Program-made: the position numbers and the translations under genes | NCBI GenBank assembly: GCA_045541355.1 | Contig: JAZQIW010000053.1 | Location: 13,222-77,221, forward strand | DNA from: Eubacteriales bacterium | GTDB taxonomy: Bacteria; Bacillota; Clostridia; Oscillospirales; CAG-382 | Reading direction: 5' to 3' | Length of the DNA: 64,000 nucleotides | In this document: piece after piece, positions 55,313-64,000 of the stretch | Layout of the letters: each line of letters opens with the position of its first letter | Position numbering within the stretch: the stretch's first letter is position 1 | The notes under the pieces: model-generated | What the model saw: only the letters and a program-made list of their open reading frames with translations | Database searches by the model: none | Told to the model about the DNA's origin: nothing

Positions 55313-56143
55313 TTACTTATTACAAATGCAGGAAACGCCCTCAAGGTCCTTCATACCGATTTCGTACTGCTCTGCATTAGGTGCACTGCCGTGCCATTCA
55401 CACTTATTTTCCATATAGGAAACGCCCTTACCCTTAGTGGTTTTTGCAATAATCGCAAAAGGCTTATCGGATTCCTTTGCAGCCTTCACCGCAGAATCAA
55501 TCTGGTCAAAGTCATGACCGTCAATAACCATAACGTTCCAGCCAAATGCTTTGAATTTTTCATCAAGAGGAGTGGGATTCATAACATCCGACACGGCACC
55601 GTCAATCTGCAGACCGTTAAAGTCTACAAAAATCGCAAGATTATTGAGACCGTAGTGAGCAGCAAACATAGCAGCCTCCCAAACCTGTCCCTCCTGACTT
55701 TCACCGTCACCGAGAACAGACCATACTCTGTATGTCTTTTCACCCAGCTTTCCTGCAAGAGCCATACCGCAAGCAGCAGATATACCAAGACCAAGTGAGC
55801 CGGTTGACATATCGACACCGGGGATATGCTTCATATCGGGATGTCCCTGAAGGTAGCTATCCTTATGTCTGAAAGTCTTAAGATCCTCTTTTGGGAAAAA
55901 GCCCTTTTCGGCAAGTGTCGCATATAATGCCGGTGATGTATGACCTTTGGAAAGAACAAATCTGTCTCTATCCTCCATTTTAGGATTCTTTGGGTCAACA
56001 TTCATTTCTTCAAAATAAAGATATGCCATTATATCGGCAATACCAAGGGAGCCTCCGGGATGACCGGAAGACGCCGAATAAACAGCTGTAAGCGCGCCCT
56101 TACGAATCTCATTCGCAACTGCCGCAAGTTTAATCTTATCCAT
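55313..56143 (-). CDS. transketolase, N-terminal (TPP-binding) subunit
   Basis: 276 aa: SGHPGGSLG and GDGESQEGQVWEA. Confidence 0.93.
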   Translation of the reverse strand: MDKIKLAAVANEIRKGALTAVYSASSGHPGGSLGIADIMAYLYFEEMNVDPKNPKMEDRDRFVLSKGHTSPALYATLAEKGFFPKEDLKTFRHKDSYLQGHPDMKHIPGVDMSTGSLGLGISAACGMALAGKLGEKTYRVWSVLGDGESQEGQVWEAAMFAAHYGLNNLAIFVDFNGLQIDGAVSDVMNPTPLDEKFKAFGWNVMVIDGHDFDQIDSAVKAAKESDKPFAIIAKTTKGKGVSYMENKCEWHGSAPNAEQYEIGMKDLEGVSCICNK

Positions 56144-56167
56144 AGGACTTCCTCCTGAAAGTAATAG

Positions 56168-57115
56168 CTAATTATAGTTTTTTCGTAAAATATCAAGTGT
56201 TGTTTCAAAATGAGGCGGAAGAGGAGCACAGAACTCCATATATTCGCCGCTTGTCGGATGGATAATACCCAGTACCTGCGCATGAAGGCACTGTCCGACA
56301 AGATTGAAAGGATTTTTCCCCTCAAGCGGTGCATACAGCGGATCGCCAACCACCGCATGACCAAAATGAGAAGAATGAACACGAATTTGATGTGTCCTAC
56401 CCGTTTCAAGTCTGAATTCGCACAGCGAATAGCCTCTGAAAACTTCCAAGGTTTTATAATTTGTGGCCGCCTCTTTTGAATTTTGAGTGGTAACAGCCAT
56501 TTTCTTTCGATTTGTATGATGTCTGCCGATAGGCAAATCTATTCTTCCCTCTTGCTGTGAAAAGGTTCCGATTACAACAGCCTTATACACACGTTTAAAG
56601 GAATGCTCCTTTATCTGAGATGCAAGAATGTTATGAGCTTTATCATTCTTTGCAACAACAAGAAGACCGCTTGTATCCTTATCAATCCTGTGAACAATAC
56701 CCGGCCGGATGACACCGTTAATACTCGAAAGCCTGCCTTTGCAGTGATACATAAGACCGTTGACAAGGGTTTTATCGGGATTACCCGGAGCAGGATGAAC
56801 AACCATTCCCTGCGGTTTATTGACAATGATTATATCATTATCCTCATAGACAATATCAAGCTCAATCTGCTGCGGCACGGCAGAGCAAACCTCAACAGGC
56901 GGAAGAACAACCGTAATGCGCTGCCCTTCCTTAGCCTGAAAGCTTTTCTTTGTCACTGTCTTGCCATCTATCGAAACATTGCCGTTTTCGACAAGCTTGG
57001 ATGCATTGCTTCGAGTAAGCTCGCACATTTGCGAGACAAACAAATCAAGTCTTACACCGCCGCCCTCAGAAACAAAATCCATTATTTCGTTTTCGGCACA
57101 AGGGATATTATTCAT
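56168..57115 (-). CDS. rluD: RluA/RluD-family 23S rRNA pseudouridine synthase
   Basis: S4 domain plus catalytic HRIDKDTSGLL. ATG 57115 lies 7 nt after GGAG and overlaps the lspA end. Confidence 0.9.
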   Translation of the reverse strand: MNNIPCAENEIMDFVSEGGGVRLDLFVSQMCELTRSNASKLVENGNVSIDGKTVTKKSFQAKEGQRITVVLPPVEVCSAVPQQIELDIVYEDNDIIIVNKPQGMVVHPAPGNPDKTLVNGLMYHCKGRLSSINGVIRPGIVHRIDKDTSGLLVVAKNDKAHNILASQIKEHSFKRVYKAVVIGTFSQQEGRIDLPIGRHHTNRKKMAVTTQNSKEAATNYKTLEVFRGYSLCEFRLETGRTHQIRVHSSHFGHAVVGDPLYAPLEGKNPFNLVGQCLHAQVLGIIHPTSGEYMEFCAPLPPHFETTLDILRKNYN

Positions 57116-57608
57116 CGGTTTTCTCCGTGTTATTTTCTTGTGATTTCTGTCCGAGAGTAGCTGCTCTTTTATCAAACAGCACAAATGCAATTGCAAGTAT
57201 ACAACCTACAACAACAGCGCTGTCTGCAACATTGAAAACCCATTTCCAGAAATCAAATGCACAAAAATCGATAAAGTCAATTACATAGCCGAGAAATGCT
57301 CTGTCAACCATATTGCCGACACCGCCGCCGACAATCAGACCAAGACTGATATCAAACAGCCGGCTCTGTCCATGAAACTGCACCACAACATAACTGAGAA
57401 GTACAATTATCAGAACAGAGACAACCATAAACACTACCCTATTATCCGCAAGTATGCCAAATGCGGCACCTCTGTTTTCAACATAAGTAAAATTAAGAAT
57501 GCCCTCAATGACCTCTATACTTCCGACAGGTTTAAGGCTTGTGCAGACAAAGTGCTTGGATATCTGGTCGCACAGTATTACCGCTATCGCAATTAAAGCC
57601 GACAGCAT
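57108..57608 (-). CDS. lspA: lipoprotein signal peptidase II
   Basis: 166 aa: NRGAAFG and FNVADS catalytic Asp regions. Confidence 0.93.
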   Translation of the reverse strand: MLSALIAIAVILCDQISKHFVCTSLKPVGSIEVIEGILNFTYVENRGAAFGILADNRVVFMVVSVLIIVLLSYVVVQFHGQSRLFDISLGLIVGGGVGNMVDRAFLGYVIDFIDFCAFDFWKWVFNVADSAVVVGCILAIAFVLFDKRAATLGQKSQENNTEKTDE

Positions 57609-57610
57609 AA

Positions 57611-60433
57611 TTATGCAAGAATCTCAGGGAAGGATGCTTTTACGATATTCATACATCTTGCACAAAGGTGTTCATCCTCACCAAGAGAAGTGCAATCGTT
57701 CTTAACATACCAGCATCTGTCGCACTTAATTCCCTGCATTGCATCTACCTTTACAGCAATACCTGTTTCTGTTTCCGTGAACGCGCCCTCAGAGGGTTCA
57801 TCGGAAGAAAGAACAACCTCTGAACAGATAAAGATATCCTTAAGTTCATTTTCAAAGCTCTTAAAGAAGCTCATAACCTTTTCATCCTTAACGAAGATTG
57901 TCACGGATGCATCAAGGCTCTTACCGATAAGCTTTTCGGCTCTTGCAAGCTCAAGTGCTTTCATAACATCATCTCTGTAAACAAAGAGCTGATTATATGC
58001 ATCTGCCGTTTCCTTGAATTCAAGCTCAGACTTATATTCGGGAACATTATTAAGGAATACGCTTTCTGTGTTATCACCATCAAGATGAGTCATAAACTGC
58101 CACATCTCTTCTGCCGTGTAGGAAAGAATGGGAGCAAGGAGCTTTGTAAGACCGTGAAGTACAATATACATCGCTGTCTGCGCGCTTCTTCTGAGAGCAC
58201 TGTCCTTAGCTTCAACATAAACTCTATCCTTGGAAATATCAATATAAAGCTTTGAAAGCTCACCAGCACAGAAATCATGAACATCATGATAAATGAGGTG
58301 GAATTCATAATCGTTATATGCCTTCATTACTCTTGCAACAAGAGCATTGAACTGGGAAACAATCCACTTATCAATAGGTTCAAGGTCATTAACGTCAACC
58401 ATATCCTTGTTGGGGTCAAAGTCTTCCTCAACAGTTCCAAGATTTGCAAGAAGAATTCTTGCCGTATTTCTTATCTTTCTATAAATTTCAGAAAGCTGCT
58501 TGAAGATAGGATCGGAAACTCTGACGTCAACTCTGTAATCGCTCGAAGCAACCCAAAGTCTAAGCAAATCTCCGCCATATACCTTAATAACATCTTCGGG
58601 ATATACTGAGTTACCAAGGGATTTATGCATTGCTTTTCCTTCACCGTCAACTACCCAGCCGTGTGTAAGAACCGCTCTGTAAGGAGCACCCTTGCCCTTT
58701 GCACCGACAGCTGTAAGAAGTGATGACTGGAACCAGCCTCTGTACTGGTCAGCACCCTCAAGATAAAGGTCTGCGGGCCATTCTTCATCGTTAAGAACAC
58801 CGAAATGTGTTGAACCCGAGTCAAACCAACAGTCAAGAGTATCTGTTTCCTTAACAAAATGAGTCTTACCGCACTTGGGACATACAAAGCCTTCGGGAAG
58901 CAGCTCACTTGCTGTCATATCAAACCATGCGTTTGAACCCTTTTCACCGAAAATTGCAGAAACCTTATCAATAGTTTCTTCGGTGCAAATGATTTCTCCG
59001 CAATCTTCACAATAAAATACAGGTATGGGAAGACCCCATTTTCTCTGTCTGGAAATACACCAGTCAGCTCTTTCGCGAATCATGGAAACCATTCTGTTTC
59101 CGCCCCATTCGGGAAGCCACTGAACATTTTCACACGCTGCAACTGCCTGATCACGGAATGCCTCAACCGAGCAAAACCACTGAGGAGTTGCTCTGAAGAT
59201 TATAGGATTCTTACATCTCCAGCAGTGAGGATACTGGTGAACAATTTCTTCGCTTGAGAAGAGAGCTCCGCTTTCCTTCATATCATTGAGGATAGCTTCA
59301 TTGGATTCATCGTATCTGAGGCCTGCAAATTTACCTGCAAGCTCATTCTGATAACCTCTGTCATCAACCGCAACCTCAATAGGAAGACCATATCTCATAC
59401 CTGTGAAATAGTCGTCTGCACCGTATGAGGGAGCTGTATGAACACAGCCTGTACCGCTGTCCATTGTAACATATTCGGCTGTTGTAAGAAGACTGTCTCT
59501 GTCAAGGAAGGGGTGCTTTGCTGTCATATACTCAAGATCTGCGCCCTTAAATTCCTTAACAACCTCAAAGCCCTCTATTTCGCCTGCTGCCATTGTCTTG
59601 AATGCAAGTGCCTCTGCGGTAATATAATAGTTACCGTCAGCAGCCTTAATGAGAACATAGGTTTCTCTGGGATGAACAGTAATTGCTACATTACCGGGAA
59701 GAGTCCATGTAGTTGTTGTCCAGATAATAAAGTATGTTTTCTCCTTATCACAAACGCCGTCAAAGAAGCCTTTATCATCATTGAGACGGAACTTAACGTA
59801 AATAGATGTACACTTATCCTCAGCATATTCAATTTCAGCCTCAGCAAGGGCTGTTTCATCAGAAGGACACCAATAAACAGGCTTTAAGCCCTTATAGATA
59901 TACCCCTTCTTATACATCTCGCCGAAAACCTTTACTTCCTTAGCTTCAAACTTAGGTGCCATTGTGAGATAAGGGTGCTCCCAGTCACCGAGTACACCAA
60001 GACGCTTAAAGGAGGTCATCTGAATGTCAACAAAGTTTTCAGCGAACTTCTGACAAGCAGAGCGAAATTCAGAATCCGACATCTTCTTTCTATCAAGCTT
60101 ATTCTGCTTAATAATAGCACTCTCAATAGGCATACCGTGGTTATCCCAACCGGGTATATAAGGTACATAATAGCCCTGCATGGACTTAGACTTATTGATA
60201 ATATCCTTAAGAACCTTATTCATGGCAGTACCCATGTGGATATTACCGTTTGAAAAAGGAGGGCCGTCATGAATCATAAAGCTGTTGTTGCCCTTGTTTT
60301 TCTCAAGCATTTTTCCGTATACGTTCTGTTCTTCCCATTTCTCCATTGTAGCCGGCTCTCTCTGAGGAAGATTTGCTCTCATAGAAAACTCGGTTTTGGG
60401 AAGATTTAATGTCTTTCCAAAGTCTTTTGACAT
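57611..60433 (-). CDS. ileS: isoleucine-tRNA ligase (type 1, C-terminal Zn-finger)
   Basis: 940 aa with a CP1 editing domain and C-terminal CDRC...CARC. The signature motifs read HMGT and AMHKS. See finding. Confidence 0.95.
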   Translation of the reverse strand: MSKDFGKTLNLPKTEFSMRANLPQREPATMEKWEEQNVYGKMLEKNKGNNSFMIHDGPPFSNGNIHMGTAMNKVLKDIINKSKSMQGYYVPYIPGWDNHGMPIESAIIKQNKLDRKKMSDSEFRSACQKFAENFVDIQMTSFKRLGVLGDWEHPYLTMAPKFEAKEVKVFGEMYKKGYIYKGLKPVYWCPSDETALAEAEIEYAEDKCTSIYVKFRLNDDKGFFDGVCDKEKTYFIIWTTTTWTLPGNVAITVHPRETYVLIKAADGNYYITAEALAFKTMAAGEIEGFEVVKEFKGADLEYMTAKHPFLDRDSLLTTAEYVTMDSGTGCVHTAPSYGADDYFTGMRYGLPIEVAVDDRGYQNELAGKFAGLRYDESNEAILNDMKESGALFSSEEIVHQYPHCWRCKNPIIFRATPQWFCSVEAFRDQAVAACENVQWLPEWGGNRMVSMIRERADWCISRQRKWGLPIPVFYCEDCGEIICTEETIDKVSAIFGEKGSNAWFDMTASELLPEGFVCPKCGKTHFVKETDTLDCWFDSGSTHFGVLNDEEWPADLYLEGADQYRGWFQSSLLTAVGAKGKGAPYRAVLTHGWVVDGEGKAMHKSLGNSVYPEDVIKVYGGDLLRLWVASSDYRVDVRVSDPIFKQLSEIYRKIRNTARILLANLGTVEEDFDPNKDMVDVNDLEPIDKWIVSQFNALVARVMKAYNDYEFHLIYHDVHDFCAGELSKLYIDISKDRVYVEAKDSALRRSAQTAMYIVLHGLTKLLAPILSYTAEEMWQFMTHLDGDNTESVFLNNVPEYKSELEFKETADAYNQLFVYRDDVMKALELARAEKLIGKSLDASVTIFVKDEKVMSFFKSFENELKDIFICSEVVLSSDEPSEGAFTETETGIAVKVDAMQGIKCDRCWYVKNDCTSLGEDEHLCARCMNIVKASFPEILA

Positions 60434-60543
60434 AGTAAGAGTGCTCCTTTATAAATAGATATTGTAGGTAAAAATAAATGTTTTAATCACGCAAATATCG
60501 GCACAAGCAAAAAGCTCTGCCGACATTTATATGGATATTGTTT

Positions 60544-61131
60544 TTATTCAGCTGCGCCCGCCTCAGCAATTTCTGAAGCGTTAATGTTAGAAAGCTCGCT
60601 CTTTGCCTCCGGCGAAAGCATATTCTCCGCCAGCTCCAGAGCCTTATCTTCAAGTTCATCATCTGTAAGATAAGGAGTGGGCTCACTATCAGGCATGATG
60701 CTGTCAATCATTGCAATGTGCTTTTTATACGCATCATAAAGTGCATCTTTAAAGCCTGCAACGGCATCTTCACATTCGGCAAGCTTGTCTCTTTCCGCCG
60801 CAACCTTTGTTCTGTAAACCTCAAGAATTCTGTCGCAGCTTTCGGAAACAGAGCTCTTGATTTCATTAGCCTTTTCCTTTGCATCGTTGACAATCATGTC
60901 TGCCATCTTCTGAGCATTTACGATTGTGGCAGAAATTGTGCTCTCCTCGCTCTTTGCTTCATCGAGCCTTGAGAGTGCCGCCTGATACTTGCGTTCAAGC
61001 TCTGCATATTCCGCATATGCCTCGTTATATCTTGAAAGAAGGAAAGAGATATACTCGTCAACCTCACCGGGTGCATAGCCCTTGATTGCTTTGTTGAAAG
61101 CATTTCTCTTTAAATCCTGAGGAGAAATCAT
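60544..61131 (-). CDS. divIVA: DivIVA-domain protein
   Basis: MISPQDLKRNAFNKAIKGYAPGEVDEYI... followed by coiled coil. ATG 61131 is preferred over 61143. Confidence 0.88.
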   Translation of the reverse strand: MISPQDLKRNAFNKAIKGYAPGEVDEYISFLLSRYNEAYAEYAELERKYQAALSRLDEAKSEESTISATIVNAQKMADMIVNDAKEKANEIKSSVSESCDRILEVYRTKVAAERDKLAECEDAVAGFKDALYDAYKKHIAMIDSIMPDSEPTPYLTDDELEDKALELAENMLSPEAKSELSNINASEIAEAGAAE

Positions 61132-61152
61132 AATACTTACCATCCTTAAATT

Positions 61153-61956
61153 TTAAATCATTTTATGAATTGTCGCCCTTGTTCTTCCCTTTCGGGTAAG
61201 GGTACCGACCTCATGCAGCACAAATCTTCCATAACCGCGAACAGAGAGAATATCCCCCTCACAAAGACAGAAGTCGCATCTCAGCTCCTCAAAGTGATTT
61301 ACACTTACAAGACCTGAAGCTATCAGCTGTTTTGCTTTTTCCCGTGAGACGTTAAGAGCAAGACCTATTATGCAGTCAAGCCTTTCGGATGCAACGGTTC
61401 CCGCAATTTCAGCATACTTTTTCTCTAAAACAGGAAGCTCTGAAAAAGCAACACGTACACATTTAACCTTATCTTTCGCGACAAACTCAAGATTTTCAAG
61501 AACAAAATCAGCCGCAACCTTTGTAAGACAAACATATGCACTTTTTCCGTCATCGGAAACAAAAATATCTCCGACTGTTTCTCGTTTTATTCCAAGTGCC
61601 AGCACAGAACCGAGACAGTCTCTGTGTGAAAAGGAAGAAAAACCTGAGCCTTGAATCTTCACAGCGGTCATATCAAACATGGAAACAAACACATCGTTCT
61701 CCCCGTTTTCATCGGAATATCCGTATATATCGCGGGGAAACAGACCAATTATCTTTCTTTCAGCATATTTAAATCCGCCAAAATCAAAAACAACAAGCTC
61801 ATCTTTAAACTGCATCAAATATTCATTGGCAATTCTCAATTGCCTGCCGTCGAGAAAATTTGTAAACTCAGGGCTGTACCTCTCGATACATCTGCTTTTT
61901 AAATCCGACAGCCTCTGTAAAAACAGAGAATCATCTTTTCCGTCAACCTTAATCAT
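61153..61956 (-). CDS. YlmH-like RNA-binding (S4 domain) protein
   Basis: 267 aa. C-terminal S4-like stretch (SREKAKQLIASGLVSVNH). Conserved position between yggT and divIVA. Confidence 0.85.
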   Translation of the reverse strand: MIKVDGKDDSLFLQRLSDLKSRCIERYSPEFTNFLDGRQLRIANEYLMQFKDELVVFDFGGFKYAERKIIGLFPRDIYGYSDENGENDVFVSMFDMTAVKIQGSGFSSFSHRDCLGSVLALGIKRETVGDIFVSDDGKSAYVCLTKVAADFVLENLEFVAKDKVKCVRVAFSELPVLEKKYAEIAGTVASERLDCIIGLALNVSREKAKQLIASGLVSVNHFEELRCDFCLCEGDILSVRGYGRFVLHEVGTLTRKGRTRATIHKMI

Positions 61957-62219
61957 AACAATGCGCCCAATATTGTAAGAAGAATATATGTCACAAGAAA
62001 CGGAATGTCAAACATCATCGGGACATTAAAGCCCAAAGAGTCAAACAGAGACCTAACAGGCGTTATCACCCATTCCGTAACAGTAAACAGAAAATCTCCA
62101 AGACGGGTATCGTCAAGTCCCGGAATCCAGGAAACAATTGCACGGGCAAACATCATAAACTGAAGAACATCAATAAAAATGCCAACAGTAGACTTGACAA
62201 ATATGACAAACAAAAGCAT
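61953..62219 (-). CDS. YggT-family membrane protein
   Basis: 88 aa, 2 TM. ATGA overlap with ylmH. Confidence 0.85.
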   Translation of the reverse strand: MLLFVIFVKSTVGIFIDVLQFMMFARAIVSWIPGLDDTRLGDFLFTVTEWVITPVRSLFDSLGFNVPMMFDIPFLVTYILLTILGALL

Positions 62220-62229
62220 CTTCTATAAA

Positions 62230-62706
62230 TTAGAAGCTAATGCCGTTACCTTCAGCATCCTGACCGGGAGCAGCCTGTGTTGCACCTATGCTTTCATTTG
62301 ATACTGCTACATTACTCGGAGTAATAGCATATGTGTTGTCAGCAACCTTCTGTACACCGCCGCCAAGTGCATAAGCCGCACCGGAAAGAAAGTCAATAAG
62401 ACGACGAGCAGTTTCACGGTTTGTATTTTCAAGGTTAAGAAGAACCGTCTTCTTAGTGAGAAGAAGATCAGCAATCTGTGTTACTGTATCATAGCTCTTG
62501 GGGGTAACAACTCTCATTTCAATCGAGGAACCTGCCATTGTGACATTTGCACCGCCTCTGCCGGAATAAGAGCTTTCAGAAGGACGCACCGCGCCTCTGT
62601 CCTCTTCTACATACTGTTCGTCTTCACCGTAAAAATCATCAGCATAGTTTTCATCGGTTTCAACCGCATCGGGGAAAAGCTTTTTGCCAAATTCTTTAAG
62701 TCCCAT
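62230..62706 (-). CDS. sepF: cell division protein SepF
   Basis: 158 aa. N-terminal amphipathic MGLKEFGKKLF and a conserved C-terminal domain (VVTPKSYDTVTQIADLLLTKKTVLLNLE). Confidence 0.9.
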   Translation of the reverse strand: MGLKEFGKKLFPDAVETDENYADDFYGEDEQYVEEDRGAVRPSESSYSGRGGANVTMAGSSIEMRVVTPKSYDTVTQIADLLLTKKTVLLNLENTNRETARRLIDFLSGAAYALGGGVQKVADNTYAITPSNVAVSNESIGATQAAPGQDAEGNGISF

Positions 62707-62746
62707 TATTAAATCCTCCTAAATAGTATATTAATTATTTTATTAA

Positions 62747-63529
62747 CTAATTTCTGCTGCCGAACAGACCCCTTCCGATTCTCACAATTGTTGCACCTTC
62801 CGTAACAGCTTGTTCAAAATCGTCAGACATACCCATTGACAGTTCTTGCATATCTATATTATCTAATTTTTTTTCCGATATGTCAAGGAATAATTTCATA
62901 ATTTTTTTAAAAAACGCCTGATTTTTGTAACTTTTTTTTGTATTTTCGGTTTTTTCACAATTTAGACATTCTTCGCCCTCATTATTCGGGGTGTTATCAA
63001 CAATTTGACATACGGGCGGTATACACATCAGTCCTACTACTTTAATGTTCGGAAAAACCGACAATTCTCCGAGAAAATCGCAAAGCTCCTCCGGCAAAAC
63101 TCCACCCTTAGATTCCTCTTGCCCTATATTAACCTCAACAAGCACCTTCATAACCTTATTGAGCTTTGCACATCTTTTGTCAATTTCCTTTGCAAGCTTA
63201 ACAGAGTCAACAGAATGTATCATGCTCACCTTATCAACAATATACTTTACCTTGTTGGTCTGAAGTCTGCCGATGAAGTGAATATCAACGTTTTCTTTAT
63301 CTATACTGTCATACTTTTCAAGAAGCTCCTGCACCCTGTTTTCACCAATGCAGCGGATTTTACCTTCATGTATGGCAAAGTTTACAGTATCCGCATCAAC
63401 CGTCTTTGTAGCTGCGAGAAGAACAACGTCCTCTGCACTTCTTCCGCTTTCTGCCGTAGCACGACAAATGGCGCTTCTTGCAGATTCAATGTTTTTGAGA
63501 ACAGTTTCTCTTGAGAACTTTTCGCCCAT
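62747..63529 (-). CDS. YggS-family pyridoxal-phosphate homeostasis protein
   Basis: PLP Lys in LLAATKTV, and ELSMGMS. Carries an extra segment of about 28 aa (QIVDNTPNNEGEECLNCEKTENTKKSYKN) compared with the usual length. ATG 63529 after GAGGTG. Confidence 0.88.
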   Translation of the reverse strand: MGEKFSRETVLKNIESARSAICRATAESGRSAEDVVLLAATKTVDADTVNFAIHEGKIRCIGENRVQELLEKYDSIDKENVDIHFIGRLQTNKVKYIVDKVSMIHSVDSVKLAKEIDKRCAKLNKVMKVLVEVNIGQEESKGGVLPEELCDFLGELSVFPNIKVVGLMCIPPVCQIVDNTPNNEGEECLNCEKTENTKKSYKNQAFFKKIMKLFLDISEKKLDNIDMQELSMGMSDDFEQAVTEGATIVRIGRGLFGSRN

Positions 63530-63537
63530 ATAACACC

Positions 63538-64000
63538 TCAACCGATTATCTTTCCGTCAAACAAATCCTTACCTGAAACTATAACATTATCATACAGCGA
63601 AAGATACTTGATTTCGCTGAGCTTTTCCCTAAGAGACTCATCCTGTTCGTTTTCAAGCTCTTCAAATATCTTGTTGCTCGTCTTATAGTCACAAATATAA
63701 TAGCCTTCTGTTTCGTCAATAATTTCGACTCTTCTGAAACGCACAACATCTCCTACGAGTACATAAACACCGTTGACGCCGTCAATGACTCTGAGTGCCT
63801 TTTTGGGAACAGAAAGCCCTTCGACATTGTCGAGTACAATTTTTGCGCTCTGGCTTCTCTTATAATTAAAATCGGAGGGCAACACATTAACTCTGAAAAC
63901 AGCAAGTGTTCTCGCAGAGGATGTTTCGCTGATAATCTTTGTAAGCTTCATACGAATTTCTTTATCAGCGTTTTCGGGGAATGACAGAACATAGCTGTTT
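63538..64000 (-). CDS. C-terminal part of a HlyD-like/beta-barrel domain protein (gene continues beyond right edge)
   Basis: The frame stays open upstream of the ORF-track Met (…NSYVLSFPENADKEIRMKLTKII…), so the gene is truncated by the window. The family call is weak. Confidence 0.4.
   Translation of the reverse strand, partial: NSYVLSFPENADKEIRMKLTKIISETSSARTLAVFRVNVLPSDFNYKRSQSAKIVLDNVEGLSVPKKALRVIDGVNGVYVLVGDVVRFRRVEIIDETEGYYICDYKTSNKIFEELENEQDESLREKLSEIKYLSLYDNVIVSGKDLFDGKIIG

Noticed and set aside
1-64000. Search for CRISPR arrays, IS elements, integrases, prophage, toxin-antitoxin or known defence genes
   Set aside because: I found no direct-repeat arrays, no transposase-, recombinase- or phage-like ORFs, and no nuclease, ATPase or SIR2/TIR-type defence signatures in any listed ORF. 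The window reads as conserved core chromosome.

Overview
64-kb chromosomal core segment of a low-GC Firmicute. Gene content suggests class Clostridia, Oscillospiraceae/Ruminococcaceae-like: Rnf complex, SLH wall protein, YlmC/YmxH sporulation protein, split transketolase, and the sepF-yggT-ylmH-divIVA-ileS-lspA-rluD block. The taxonomy is inference only. I support about 59 protein genes (2 run off the edges, 2 are small ORFs absent from the ORF track), one tRNA-Leu(CAA), six near-consensus sigma-A promoters and about 15 intrinsic terminators. Left to right: rnfCDGEAB; a convergent Mrp/NBP35 ATPase; a 4-gene envelope module (giant membrane-fusion protein, MacB-type ABC ATPase and permease, SLH protein); DUF4364 and Toprim/DUF4093; two SGNH hydrolases; the carA-carB locus; potABCD; rpsO-pnp; a pseudouridine synthase; an AEC transporter; tRNA-Leu; manA; HAD/HD/PRT-like genes; DUF1385-prmC. 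A long minus-strand run follows: DUF3810, PBP2, mtnN, rpoD, dnaG, dGTPase-like, hflX. Then come ylmC, a Na+-decarboxylase cluster, DUF1294, ackA, split tkt, rluD, lspA, ileS, divIVA, ylmH, yggT, sepF and yggS. I found no CRISPR array, IS element, integrase, prophage or recognisable defence genes, so this is mostly housekeeping DNA. The most unusual region is the car locus, with three independent oddities. (1) It has a translated, pyrimidine-tract leader ending in a terminator, a pyrBI-like attenuator design rather than a PyrR one. (2) The CarA homolog has all three glutaminase triad residues substituted. (3) CarB is fused in frame to a complete DapF with both catalytic Cys intact. Other points are an internally duplicated membrane-fusion protein with a Gly/Met tail co-transcribed with an SLH protein, and a decarboxylase cluster carrying both 12S-type and 5S-type carboxyltransferases. 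There is also an unannotated 48-aa Asn/Lys/Gln-rich ORF, a 120-nt structured inverted-repeat element, a PRT-like protein lacking the acidic PRPP-motif dyad, and an IleRS with deviant HIGH/KMSKS motifs and no T-box. All calls come from reading the sequence and ORF translations by eye. No searches were run, and comparator motifs are quoted from memory.
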